Part shown: positions 12,901 through 21,888 of the stretch, in pieces
Numbering within the stretch: the stretch's first letter is position 1
How the letters are laid out: each line of letters begins with the position of its first letter
Assembly (NCBI GenBank): GCA_015075375.1
Contig: JABTUM010000001.1
Span: forward strand, 117,201-181,200
DNA from: Planctomycetota bacterium
GTDB taxonomy: Bacteria; Planctomycetota; SZUA-567; H5-PLA8
Direction: 5' to 3'
Length of the DNA: 64,000 nucleotides
The notes under the pieces: generated by a model
Database searches by the model: none
What the model saw: only the letters and a program-made list of their open reading frames with translations
What the model was told of the DNA's origin: nothing
Made by a program: the position numbers and the translations under genes

Positions 12901-14354
12901 GGATGCTGGCGTGGCAGGTCGAGGCGCTGGCCTATTCCAATTACGAAAGCATCGCCTGCATAGCCTACGACGCCGAGGGCATGGCCGAAGCTGTCGGCAC
13001 GCTCTGCGAAATCGCCAACGGCTACCGCGCCGCAACGGATACGATCCTGCCCGGCAAGGCGCTCTTGAAGCCGGCGCATGTGCCTGCGCAGCTTGCGCCC
13101 GCACCGCGCATCGAACTGCTCGCGGCACTGCCCGACCGCGCCGACTACTTGCAAACTCTGCCCGACGCGGCCTTGCTGGCGGCTTCGTGGAGCGGCTGGG
13201 TGCATAAGCTGAAAGCCGACGGATCGACGCTTAGCGAACACGTATTGCCCGGCGCGACAGAACCGCTCGTGGCGGCCAACGCCGAAGGTACGGTCTGGGC
13301 ATCCGCCCTATTCGACCGCTTGACGGTGTTTAAGAATGCGGGTGAAGTGGTCTTCGAGACTCCGTTGCGCTTCCTGGACCCGCGCTTGCGCCAAATCCGT
13401 CCGTCTCCGGCCAGTGTCGTGGCTGTTTCGCCCGACGGAAGTTTGATCGCGGCGGGCACCGAATCGGGTCACTTGCGGCTCTGGGCGTCCGACGGCCAGG
13501 AACGCTATGCCTACGGAGGCGCGACCCAGGACGAATTCGACAAGTATTCCGTCGAACGCAAAGCTTACCTGGCGATCAAGGCGGAACGCGACGAGAAGGT
13601 CAAACAGTATAAGGTGGATTTGGAAGCCTGGAGCAAGGCCGACGCCATGTGGCAGCAGGCTCCTGCCGAAACGCGCGGCGCTCGGCCTAGGAAGCCCGCT
13701 CCGGTTCCCAAAGGTCCGCAAGCGCCGCGTTTCGATTCACCCGAAGCGTGCCACCAGTTGATCTTTAGCGCCGACGGCTCGCGCCTGCTTGCCAGTTTCG
13801 AAAGCTACACGCTCATTATCGATACGGGGTCTGGAAAACTGCTGGCCGAGCTGGCAGATACGGCCCGTGCGCGCCCGGATCGCATCGGCAATGGGTTCGT
13901 CCTGCTCACGCAAGCCGGCGAACTGGCGCTGCTGACCGCAGACGGCGCCGTAACTTCGACCCTGCGTGTGCTGCCCGAGGGCGAAGGGCTGACCGCCAAA
14001 CCCGGCCAACCGCTGCCGGATACGCTGCTGGGCGTTTGGCCCATCGGCGACGGCGCGCTGGTGGCCAGCCATCAAGGACGCCTCTGGTGCTTCAAGAAGC
14101 CGGGCGGCGAAGGTTCGTCGGCGCCGCTTTGGGAAAACCGCTACCCCGATCGCTTGGTGAAATTCGTAGCGCCTGGTGCTTCGTGCGCGGCGGTAGCCTA
14201 TTGGGGCGGTACCGTGCGGCTGCTCGACGCCGAAACCGGCAGATTACTCGCGTCGCAAACCTTTGAGCAGGACGTGGCGGCCTTGACTGGCACGGGTTCG
14301 CGGTGGACCGTCGTCCTGGCGGACGGCCGCGTTTATGCGCTCAGCGCGCCGTGA
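9966..14354 (+). CDS. large secreted protein (about 1462 aa) with a class-I-glutamine-amidotransferase-like / GH42-trimerisation-like middle domain and C-terminal WD40/PQQ-like beta-propeller repeats
   Basis: The ATG at 9966 gives MRTPVLCFVVLLLALPTLAADKP, a signal peptide. The longer ORF from 9720 has no signal and overlaps the promoter. The C-terminus has repeats such as SPDGSLIAAGTESGHLRLWASDG and FSADGSRLLAS. The domain calls are tentative. Confidence 0.6.
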   Translation: MRTPVLCFVVLLLALPTLAADKPKPEGGKKSKERRAQEAEPAPPPGPQVLLPLGRTAYQTNERVDLAYLRYGTDALPAGTLELQLAGPAGSAFETSFPVEAVPAANGAAQRTEHFRLDARLLRPGSYVATIRCDGATQQLAFDIHSHIRKTSFRIIDWGGSGNGADQVRCGEEGTGINLMLASSAGHDQSANIRGGMDYMRNCTMGGGHQMDLNRNNDWSDPSVLTGGMARVARQALRDRTSGNTIGVHFYDEPGLTWLKHHRTGIDSPNNIPSQDWAYKATLGEEPVQYDSIDPVKPADVDAWERVLRQKQVYLEAGWRMGRFAVEWVDPRLLSATQSMYGWLAFGDGYYFNVTRSLPVNSGHGGYDDLAGGFLAPGFFYEFGRMRDYAKPAWYLPHWWDQTASPLFRLEQYLTFMTGVQGIAIPPGTRTEAPGTGNQDDGMLESNRLMARLGTIFHAMPLTRPPVAILYSMSQNALASVRSENLLLTQDFPGQVERLLMTYVAGKMAHQPLFPIVEEDVLDGTLTANHRAVILTGIERLDSKVVTALSAYAAAGGHVWLTDDCKMDIPGSRRLGAETHTKIYEEAQRVFRDETIHPLLRRNLGCAARSAQAYYRACGPLAEALKQRCAEAGIAPVLECDHPQVFATRHAQGDVEYFFLANANSDDAEVKEGRFNATRPARAQVALPHAQGALYDAVRGGPASEFTLTDGKLTADLRFGSGQMRVFARTVRPIAAVQVFTPLVRSGDYAFDHVPPVALELQAVVLDDRGQVLNGAIPLAVRVTDPLGEVRFDLFRATEQGVLRVQLPLGVNDAPGTWRVAVKELLSQKEGEQHFVTQAPAQCGALLGATRRAVYLPADEANMFRFFRLHRNVALVVGNAEFHKTQAERLAETLARWNIACTVVPAASLKKKERNKEMTKNWPGAQGHPDLDMPGEAAILFGAPEDDALIAAMCPTAKAPKNLAPYTPLRDCYPGRGRGMLAWQVEALAYSNYESIACIAYDAEGMAEAVGTLCEIANGYRAATDTILPGKALLKPAHVPAQLAPAPRIELLAALPDRADYLQTLPDAALLAASWSGWVHKLKADGSTLSEHVLPGATEPLVAANAEGTVWASALFDRLTVFKNAGEVVFETPLRFLDPRLRQIRPSPASVVAVSPDGSLIAAGTESGHLRLWASDGQERYAYGGATQDEFDKYSVERKAYLAIKAERDEKVKQYKVDLEAWSKADAMWQQAPAETRGARPRKPAPVPKGPQAPRFDSPEACHQLIFSADGSRLLASFESYTLIIDTGSGKLLAELADTARARPDRIGNGFVLLTQAGELALLTADGAVTSTLRVLPEGEGLTAKPGQPLPDTLLGVWPIGDGALVASHQGRLWCFKKPGGEGSSAPLWENRYPDRLVKFVAPGASCAAVAYWGGTVRLLDAETGRLLASQTFEQDVAALTGTGSRWTVVLADGRVYALSAP

Positions 14355-17300
14355 ACCGGGCATTCGAAGGGAGTTTCGCTTGATTCCGCGCGTGCGTCCT
14401 AACTGTCGGCTCGCCATGGTCTTGGGGGTATTCGCCTCGGCCGCGCTGGCGGGCGCGGAAATGGAGCGCATCGAATCGCTGGAGTCGCTCCAGTTCGACC
14501 CTGAGCGTGCGGTACTGCGAGTTGGACGGGACGGACGCGTCTGCTTGGCCTCGCCGAAGGAGCTTGAGCAAGGCTACGTATTGCTTATGGCGCCCGACGG
14601 ATCGAATCGCTCCGGACGCGAATTGGGCGCGTCCTTGCACATGGTCACGTCCAACGCGCGCGGGGAATTGGGGGCATGCCACCATTCCTGGCAGAATTCA
14701 GGACTGGCGACGTACGACGCCTCGGGCGAGCCGGTGGCGAAGAGTTCCGGAAAGTACACGCAGGTCGAAGCCGGGGAAGCGAGCGGCGACTTTTACTTCC
14801 GCAGGGAAAGCGAGATTGCGCGCGTTGCTCCGGACGGACAGGAAGTGCATGCCTACACGCCGCCGGGCGCGCTGTGGGGCCAGAAGCCCGCAGCCTTCCG
14901 GGTTCACGAAGGTTCCGAAGCGTTTTTCATCCTGGCGCAGGACCGCAAAATTCATTGCGTAGGTTTCGACGGCGCCGAACGCTGGAGCGTTCCCGCGCCC
15001 TTTAATCTGCATGCCGTACTTGCCCGCTGTGCGCTGGACCTGCCTTTCGATTTGAGTTCGGATGGCACGCTCTACGTGTACGACGCCAAGAGCTGCGCCG
15101 TTCAAGTCTATGCCAGCGGCAACGAAATCGGCGGGCCCGAGGCCCTGGGATCGGTCAAACTCCCCGCCGAGCAGCTGGGACCCAGCCCCGGCGCCGAGAA
15201 GCAAGGCGTCCTGCAACTCGCCGTTGCGGGCAGCGACATCCTTATCCGCCGGCGCTTGCGCACCGAACCCGGCGAACTTTTCCAGCGCTACGAACTGAAG
15301 TCAGGCAAGCTCCTGCAAACGGTCTGTTCACAGACCCTGCGCTTGAAAGCCGAGTACACCGAGAACGTCTGGCAAGCCGGACAAAGCGTACCCTTTACGA
15401 TACGCGCTATGCTCGGCGCCAATGCCTGCGCGCCGCGGTGGCGCGTCTACGCAGCGCCCTTCGGATCCACCGCGTGGCGGGAATTTCCCTGGTCCAACGA
15501 CCGGCTGGAACTTCCGGCCGATGCCAGCGGGCTGTATAGGCTTCGCGTCACCGCCTCCATCGCGCCGCGCCCCTTTTTCACCGTGGGGAAGGACATGCCC
15601 GCCGACCTGACGCTGGAAGGCGCCGTCGAGATTCGGCCGCCGCAGTCCAACGGATCGATCAGTGTGTACACACCGGCCAATCGCGAAGCCTATGCCCGCG
15701 GGGAATCCATTCCCTTCAAAGTCTTGGTGCGTGCCGCGGATCCCAAACCGCGCAAAGCAAGCGTGGTCCTGCAAGCCGGAGCGCAAACGCTGCACTCGTG
15801 GTCGCTCGATGCGCGGCCCGGCGAAGCGGCCGCACTCGAACTATCCTCTGCTTTCACGCGGGTGCTGGCCCCTGGGCGCTACGTACTGTCCGCGCGCGCG
15901 GAAGGATTGGCCCCATCCGATCAATGCCTCTGGATCGGTCCGGGGCCTTCCCGTCCGACTTTTCGCACCCTCGATTACCAGGACTACGGAGCGTTTCAGG
16001 ACCGTAAGTCTGCGGCCCATTTGTGGAACAGCGCCGACGCGGCCGCCGAAGAAGCCGCCGAACAGCGCCGGCTGGGCCGCTCGCTGCTGATCCAACGCCT
16101 GGGCGTGCCGCCCACCTCCGGCGATCCTTTTGTCTGGAAGCCCGACCACCTCGCACTCCTGGACGGCCTGCGCCAGCGCTTGGCCGCCGATCCACTGGCT
16201 GCCGCGCCCGAGAAAGCAGACCTTGCGCCGCCGCTTGCGCAGGCTTTGTCCCAGTTGGGCGCGCAAGGCGTCGAACATATGTCGATCCTGATGAACAACG
16301 ATGCCGGTCTGCCGCTCGGCACCGGATACGACAAGCGCAAGCCCGAGGAACTGCTGGCTCAACTCAAGGCCGTGACCGCATACGTGAAGGAGTTCCCCGC
16401 CTTCCGCGGCTGGACCTGGGCCGCCAACTGGTGGGTCTTTGCCAAGCGCGGAGCCAAGGCCGGGCGCACGCCCGAAGAACAAGCGGCTTACAAAGCCGCG
16501 TTGGAGCGCGCCCAAACCACCGGCGCGTGGGATCCTGTCCTCGATACGGTCTGCGACGTTCGCCTGAGTTTTGCCGTGGAGGCTCAGGATCTGTTCAACG
16601 CCGCGTTGCGCGAACTGGCGCCGAAGGCCGTGACCGCCGTCTCCGGTCCCTTTCGCAACGTGGAGTGTTACCCGCCCGTCACCTTTAACAATGTGGACGA
16701 AGTGGATTTGCAGGCGCAGTTCGAGCAGATTTCTTTGCCCTACCATGCAGCCTTCGCGGTCGACTTTTACAAACGGCCGGGCAAAGACGTGCTCTCCCAT
16801 CCCGAACTGGGCAACGACCTCGGCACCGGCGATCAATTCCTGCCCAACTCGTTCATGAGCATCGCGCGCGGTTCGAATTCCTCGGGATTCGCCAGCGGAT
16901 ACGGCTACCGGGAACCCGATCCACGCACGAATCAAGGCGGTTGTCCCAGCATCCAGCGCGCCTTTTTTCCTCTCATGGAAAGCTTGGGGCCTTGGCTTGC
17001 GACGCTCCGCGACGACGACCGCGTGGCCATCGTCGCCTCCGCACGCATGCTGAAGACCGATAAATGGCATCGCCTGACGGGGCTGCACTTCGGCCGGCTG
17101 TTCGAGGCCTGGGTCTCCTGCATGTTTGCGCACCACCCGGCCCGCATCGTTTTCGCGGAGGACGCGTCCGCCGATCTGCTGGCGCGATTCAAAGCCATCC
17201 TGGTGGTCGACCAGCGCTTCGAGTTGGAGCCGGCGTTGGCCGGCGCGCTGAAGGCCGCACAAGCGAAGGGCGTAAAGATCCTCCACGATTCCGGCTGCCT

Positions 17301-19782
17301 TGAGTCGGCGGTCAAAGGATTCACGCCGCTGGGTTTCGCATTCAATCGGTTCGAAAACGATCCCTCCCCCGCCGCCGACGATGCCGCGTATTGGCGCATG
17401 CCGCAGTGGGCCAAGGAGCATGCCCACGCACTTCGCAAAGCATTGGCGGGCGCCGTCGAACCCATCGCGGAACTGGATGCACCCGACGTATGGGTCACTG
17501 CGCGTGCAGCAGGCGATGCGCGCTTTCTGTATGTCGTCAATCACACCCATCCGCCGTTGCCTCCCGAGCAACTTTGGCGCATGAGTCTCTACCTCACGCA
17601 CCGGCTCCCGTTGACCATCCCGTTGCGCACGGATACGCAGGGCCGAGCCGTCTACGAGCTATTCGCTCAAGGCCAGATGCCGGCCGAAAACGGTACGCTG
17701 CAGGCCGATCTGCGCGGCGTTCCCGGCCGGATTTTCGCGTTGCTCCCGAAACCGGTCGGCGGCGTGCTGCTGCGCGGACCCGAGCGGGCGCGAGCGGGCC
17801 AAGCCATCGCCTGGAGCGCCCATGCCCGTGGTGAAGACGGTGAGCCGTTAAACGCAAGTCTGCCCCTCCTGCTTCGCCTGCTGGACGGCAACGGTCGGAC
17901 GATCGAAGAGCGCCCCGCCGTCTCTGGCCAGATGGACGCACAAGGCGAGTTCACGATTCCTTGGGGCTTCGAAGGCGCGTCGGTCACGCTGGAAGCCCTC
18001 GAGCGCTTCAGCGGCAAGGCCAGCCGGTTGGTAATCGCCGTGGAACCCGCGGCCGGCGCGTTTACGGAGCTTCCCGCGGCAGCCGCCGCGCGAGACGGAT
18101 CGCCCGACGCTTCGCCGCGGCCCGCGCCCGAAACGGCTTTCGGTCCGCACCTGCGAGACGTCGCTGTTTCCCGCGACGGCGCGACCGTGCTGATCAATGC
18201 TTTCAACTGGGATCGTAACGCGTACCTGATAGACGCGGCCACCGGAGCCACCAAGACGCAAGTTCGCCTGGGGCATTATTTCGCCTTTGAGCCCCAAGTT
18301 TTGGAGCGCGGATTTGCCGTACGCGGCTTCGATTTTCAATCGCCCGAAGGCTATCACTTGTACCTGCTCGGTTCCGACGGTGCGGCCGAGCGGCGTTTCG
18401 CGCTCCCCGCGTATCCCAAGCGTTTGCCATGGCGCCACCTGCCGACGTTGCTGCGCGACCGCATCGACAATTTCGCAACCGCACCGGACGGTTCTTGGGT
18501 CGCCGCCGCGGGCGACCTGGGACTGGCCGTTTGGAGCCGCGATGGCGCGTTGCTTTGGAGTCAGGAATGGTGGAAGACCGAACGGCGCGACGTCCGGCTA
18601 TTCGCGCCAGACGCCAAGCACCTGTACGTGATCGGTGCGTCCAAACTGGAATCGTATGAGGCGTCGAGCGGTAAGCCGCTCCATCCGCCGCTCGATCTGG
18701 GCGGAGTCGGAGAGGTAACGGAGGTGATCTCGAATCCAGACGGCCGAACGCTCGCGCTGGGCGCACCGGGAAACGGCGGGCAGATTTTGGTACTTCGCGA
18801 TCGCCAGATTATTCTGCGCTACCCGTCGCCCTTCAGCGAATTGGCACTCTCGCCCGATGGCACGGCCTTGGCCGTCACGCGCATGGACAGCCTGCAGTGG
18901 GTTGGCATCGACCAGGGGCTGCGCTGGACCTACCGCGGCGATGCCCCGCTGCGCGCTCCTCGCTTCAGCCCCGACGGCGTGCGGCTCGCCTGCGCGACGG
19001 ATCTCGGCACGCTTTGCGTCATGGAACGAGAAGGCCGCGTGCTGCTCGAACGCGACCTGGGCGCACTCTGCGTTCCTGCCTGGCTGCCTGATGGCGACTT
19101 GGTTCTGGCATCGTGGATGGGTTCCGTCCAGCGCCTGGACGGCGAGTACCGGCCGCGCTGGACCATGAATCTAAAGCCCGACACGATCGACCTGCGCACC
19201 CGCCTCCTTGAACCGGACTCCACTCCCACGGCACGCATCGAAACCTGGACCAACGCAGCCCCTTCCAACGCAGACCTCACGCCGAACCTCCTGGCCGCGC
19301 ACCCGGTAACCGTAAAATCGTCCTGGGGCAAGCCCCTGAACCACGAACCCGAACTGCTCTGGGACGGAAAAGCCGACCCCGCTTCCGATCCATGGGTCGA
19401 TTACTCGATTCTTTCGCACCTGGCCAAATCCGGCCCGCCGCCGCATATCACTCTGGCCTTCAACCAGGACAAGGTACGCGTGACCGGCATCGCCCTGTTC
19501 GAAGATCCAGCGCACCCCGCCTCATGGCTGCGCGACTGCTCGATCGAAGTGTGGGATCTGGAGAAAAACATCTGGGTGCGCGTGCAGGATTGTCTTTCGA
19601 ACGCGGCGCGGCATACCCATCTCTTTGCCAAGCCCGTGGAAACGAATCAGATCAGGCTGGTGCTGCCATCTTTGAGTTGCGGAAACGTGCGGCTGACTGA
19701 ATTGGTCTTGCTCGGCGAGCGCGTCGGGCCCTATGCGCCACCGGGCAAGAAACCCAAAAAGCGCGGCAAAAACGCGCCGTAG
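14335..19782 (+). CDS. large secreted protein (about 1790-1815 aa), paralogous in architecture to the upstream gene, with a C-terminal F5/8 type C (discoidin)-like domain
   Basis: A hydrophobic N-terminus LAMVLGVFASAALAGA is present. The start could be 14335 (20-nt overlap with the previous gene) or 14416. Beta-propeller-like repeats (SPDGTALAV, SPDGVRLACATDLGTLCV) are followed by a C-terminal jelly-roll segment WVDYSIL..IRLVLPSL. Domain calls are tentative. Confidence 0.6.
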   Translation: MRSARREPGIRREFRLIPRVRPNCRLAMVLGVFASAALAGAEMERIESLESLQFDPERAVLRVGRDGRVCLASPKELEQGYVLLMAPDGSNRSGRELGASLHMVTSNARGELGACHHSWQNSGLATYDASGEPVAKSSGKYTQVEAGEASGDFYFRRESEIARVAPDGQEVHAYTPPGALWGQKPAAFRVHEGSEAFFILAQDRKIHCVGFDGAERWSVPAPFNLHAVLARCALDLPFDLSSDGTLYVYDAKSCAVQVYASGNEIGGPEALGSVKLPAEQLGPSPGAEKQGVLQLAVAGSDILIRRRLRTEPGELFQRYELKSGKLLQTVCSQTLRLKAEYTENVWQAGQSVPFTIRAMLGANACAPRWRVYAAPFGSTAWREFPWSNDRLELPADASGLYRLRVTASIAPRPFFTVGKDMPADLTLEGAVEIRPPQSNGSISVYTPANREAYARGESIPFKVLVRAADPKPRKASVVLQAGAQTLHSWSLDARPGEAAALELSSAFTRVLAPGRYVLSARAEGLAPSDQCLWIGPGPSRPTFRTLDYQDYGAFQDRKSAAHLWNSADAAAEEAAEQRRLGRSLLIQRLGVPPTSGDPFVWKPDHLALLDGLRQRLAADPLAAAPEKADLAPPLAQALSQLGAQGVEHMSILMNNDAGLPLGTGYDKRKPEELLAQLKAVTAYVKEFPAFRGWTWAANWWVFAKRGAKAGRTPEEQAAYKAALERAQTTGAWDPVLDTVCDVRLSFAVEAQDLFNAALRELAPKAVTAVSGPFRNVECYPPVTFNNVDEVDLQAQFEQISLPYHAAFAVDFYKRPGKDVLSHPELGNDLGTGDQFLPNSFMSIARGSNSSGFASGYGYREPDPRTNQGGCPSIQRAFFPLMESLGPWLATLRDDDRVAIVASARMLKTDKWHRLTGLHFGRLFEAWVSCMFAHHPARIVFAEDASADLLARFKAILVVDQRFELEPALAGALKAAQAKGVKILHDSGCLESAVKGFTPLGFAFNRFENDPSPAADDAAYWRMPQWAKEHAHALRKALAGAVEPIAELDAPDVWVTARAAGDARFLYVVNHTHPPLPPEQLWRMSLYLTHRLPLTIPLRTDTQGRAVYELFAQGQMPAENGTLQADLRGVPGRIFALLPKPVGGVLLRGPERARAGQAIAWSAHARGEDGEPLNASLPLLLRLLDGNGRTIEERPAVSGQMDAQGEFTIPWGFEGASVTLEALERFSGKASRLVIAVEPAAGAFTELPAAAAARDGSPDASPRPAPETAFGPHLRDVAVSRDGATVLINAFNWDRNAYLIDAATGATKTQVRLGHYFAFEPQVLERGFAVRGFDFQSPEGYHLYLLGSDGAAERRFALPAYPKRLPWRHLPTLLRDRIDNFATAPDGSWVAAAGDLGLAVWSRDGALLWSQEWWKTERRDVRLFAPDAKHLYVIGASKLESYEASSGKPLHPPLDLGGVGEVTEVISNPDGRTLALGAPGNGGQILVLRDRQIILRYPSPFSELALSPDGTALAVTRMDSLQWVGIDQGLRWTYRGDAPLRAPRFSPDGVRLACATDLGTLCVMEREGRVLLERDLGALCVPAWLPDGDLVLASWMGSVQRLDGEYRPRWTMNLKPDTIDLRTRLLEPDSTPTARIETWTNAAPSNADLTPNLLAAHPVTVKSSWGKPLNHEPELLWDGKADPASDPWVDYSILSHLAKSGPPPHITLAFNQDKVRVTGIALFEDPAHPASWLRDCSIEVWDLEKNIWVRVQDCLSNAARHTHLFAKPVETNQIRLVLPSLSCGNVRLTELVLLGERVGPYAPPGKKPKKRGKNAP

Positions 19783-19812
19783 TCGGCACCGTAGCCCTAG
19801 TCCCGAAAATGA

Positions 19813-19845
19813 AAAAGCCGGCGGGTTGTAACCCGCCGGCTTTCG
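19813..19845. terminator. bidirectional rho-independent terminator between the convergent large-protein gene and cspA
   Basis: The hairpin AAGCCGGCGGG-ttgtaa-CCCGCCGGCTT has a T-tract (TTTTTCATTTT) on the minus strand downstream of cspA. Confidence 0.6.
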
Positions 19846-19872
19846 GCATAGTGCCCGTGAGTGATAGATGCG

Positions 19873-20082
19873 TTAGCCGGCGACGACGCGCACGCGAGCA
19901 GCCTTCGGACCCTTATCGGACTGGACGGTTTCGAACTCGACCGCCTGGCCCTCTTGGAGGCTCTTGAAACCCTCGCTCTGGACCTCGCTGAAATGAACGA
20001 AGAGATCCTTCCCGCCACCATCGGGCGTGATGAATCCGAACCCCTTCTGATCGTTGAACCACTTGACCTTACCGAGAGCCAT
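19873..20082 (-). CDS. cspA: cold-shock protein, CspA family
   Basis: The 69-aa protein [34 protein letters not shown].. contains the RNP1 and RNP2 motifs. A long 5' UTR lies upstream. Confidence 0.9.
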   Translation of the reverse strand: MALGKVKWFNDQKGFGFITPDGGGKDLFVHFSEVQSEGFKSLQEGQAVEFETVQSDKGPKAARVRVVAG

Positions 20083-20513
20083 TGACTGGCCTCCAACTAA
20101 ATTCTTACGCTTCCTGGCTATCCATCACCACGGACAGATACTAGGCCTGAAGCATCGTCATTGACAATAGGGTACGCGGGGGCCAGACACAAACGATTTT
20201 CCAAATATTCGAAAGAGCAAAATTCGGGTCTATGTCCCGAACCGCGTCCGAAAATAGCCTGAGAATCGCGGAAAATTGCCCTTTTCAGGAGTCCGCCTTG
20301 CCCCCTCATTATCCACATCCGCCCCACGCAGAAGCGGCGCACCTGAAAAAATCACGCCCATTCCAGAGATGCCGACTGCCTTTAGACCCAATGGGCTATA
20401 GCCATTGCTCCATGCGCCCAACGGCCGTCCCGGAACCGCGCTTAAACGGGTACGATTTTTTGTACCCACCCACCCTCAAAAAAGCGGCTTGCATGAGACC
20501 TAGAATACGAATT

Positions 20514-21026
20514 TTACCCCAGACTCAGCAGCCAATTTAGACCCAAGGCTCCGGTTACAGCCCAGCCTGCGTAGTGCAGCGTCGCCGCGGCGCGGTTCAA
20601 GCGTGGATGGCTTGGCCAGCGGATCGCGCAAAGACGATACAAGGCGGCCACGGCAAAGAAGAAATAAAGCAAGGGCCCCATCCGGTGGGATTGAAGAGCG
20701 CCCAAGAGGTCGCCTTGAGTCAGACGCACGAAAGACCGGCTCAGTCCGCAGCCCGGACAATCGAGGCCCACCAACCGCTGGCTTAGGCATAGCGCAGGAA
20801 TGGAATGACCCGCGATCGACAGTCCACCGCCCCCGGCTTCGTATTTAAATAGTAATGGGGTCAGAAGCAGGACCAAGCAGAAGCAGAGTATCGTGAAATG
20901 ATCGGTGCGGCTCTCGCCGCCGCCCGAATAGCGAAGCGAAAGACCCCAGAACGCCGACCGGCGCGCAGGGAGGGAATCATCCGGCACGCGCGGCTCGAGC
21001 TTTCTCGATGCATCCGTGGCAGGCAA
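20514..21026 (-). CDS. DUF2752 domain membrane protein (last gene of the Ubl operon)
   Basis: The CPGCGLSRSF motif is diagnostic of DUF2752, and hydrophobic helices are present. The annotated 5' end overlaps the E2 gene by about 50 nt, so the true start is probably internal and non-ATG. Confidence 0.45.
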   Translation of the reverse strand: MPATDASRKLEPRVPDDSLPARRSAFWGLSLRYSGGGESRTDHFTILCFCLVLLLTPLLFKYEAGGGGLSIAGHSIPALCLSQRLVGLDCPGCGLSRSFVRLTQGDLLGALQSHRMGPLLYFFFAVAALYRLCAIRWPSHPRLNRAAATLHYAGWAVTGALGLNWLLSLG

Positions 21027-21888
21027 AATCTTCCTCTCCGCTCTTCATGCGAACTTTCTTGACGTGGTCCAGACACGCGCTGGCGCCGCAAACCCGGCAC
21101 GCCACCAAGCAATCGTGGCAGCGACCGGCTTCACAGACCGCACAATGTCCCGCGTGCTCGGAGCAGACCGCTTGTTGACATGCCGCGCAGCGATAGCCGC
21201 ATTTGGCGCAGACGGATCGTTTGCAGGTCGAACAGGTGACCAGATCGCACTTCAGGCAGGTTAAGCCTCCACAAACGGGACAGCTCATCACGCAATTTTC
21301 GCACGCCACATGCAGATTCGTACACGCCTGCATTTCGCTGGGATCGCCGCGCTTGCCGCAGTTCGCGCACGTGTCGCCCACCACCGCCGAACCGTCTTCG
21401 CGCCGCCCCGTCGCCTCGCCGACCGACAGCAGCGCGGAAAAATCCGTCGTGTCCAGCGGAAGACGATCCTTGTTCTCCACGGCCCATTTGGCGGCTTCGC
21501 CATTCAGAGGGCTCTTGATGTTATAGGACTGAAAACTCAGCATCTCCGCGATCCGCACGACCAGATTGGCCAGCGACTCGCCGGCCGCCCAGTGGTCACC
21601 GATACAGATGGCGTGCGGCGCGATATTGGGATGAAAGACCGGGGTCAGCATGCGGCATTGCGGCGCCATGCGCGGATAGCTGCCCGTCAGCGTAATCTCG
21701 ATCTGAAACTGATTGCGGATCTGGAAGCCGCCGTCGAGACGCTTCTCCATGCCCGTGACCAGATACTCGAGCTGGTACTTCTCCGGCGGATTGCCCAGCG
21801 TCTTCTTGATGCGAATGCGGGAATCCTTGGTGAAGAAACTGCTGAGCTTGTCGTAATCGGCCTTGAGGCGCCGCAGCCGGACACTCAT
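20977..21888 (-). CDS. ubiquitin-conjugating enzyme (UBC/E2)-fold protein with C-terminal Cys-rich multi-CxxC extension
   Basis: The N-terminus RLRRLKADYDKL is followed by the E2 active-site block PVFHPNIAPHAICIGDHW. This is the HPN motif with a Cys 7 residues downstream, as in eukaryotic E2s. LNGEAAKW matches the E2 LNxEAAxxY motif. The C-terminal roughly 130 aa carries at least 12 CxxC pairs. The start ATG overlaps the stop of the upstream protease gene. Confidence 0.8.
   Translation of the reverse strand: MSVRLRRLKADYDKLSSFFTKDSRIRIKKTLGNPPEKYQLEYLVTGMEKRLDGGFQIRNQFQIEITLTGSYPRMAPQCRMLTPVFHPNIAPHAICIGDHWAAGESLANLVVRIAEMLSFQSYNIKSPLNGEAAKWAVENKDRLPLDTTDFSALLSVGEATGRREDGSAVVGDTCANCGKRGDPSEMQACTNLHVACENCVMSCPVCGGLTCLKCDLVTCSTCKRSVCAKCGYRCAACQQAVCSEHAGHCAVCEAGRCHDCLVACRVCGASACLDHVKKVRMKSGEEDFACHGCIEKARAARAG

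Noticed and set aside
15841-17601. 586-aa minus-strand ORF inside the second large secreted-protein gene
   Set aside because: It is an antisense shadow ORF with Gly/Arg-rich composition. The plus frame carries coherent repeat domains.
20400-20480. Hairpin GGGTAC-gatttttt-GTACCC downstream of the Ubl operon as a terminator
   Set aside because: No T-tract follows on the minus strand, which is the operon direction. This is weak evidence, so it is not annotated.
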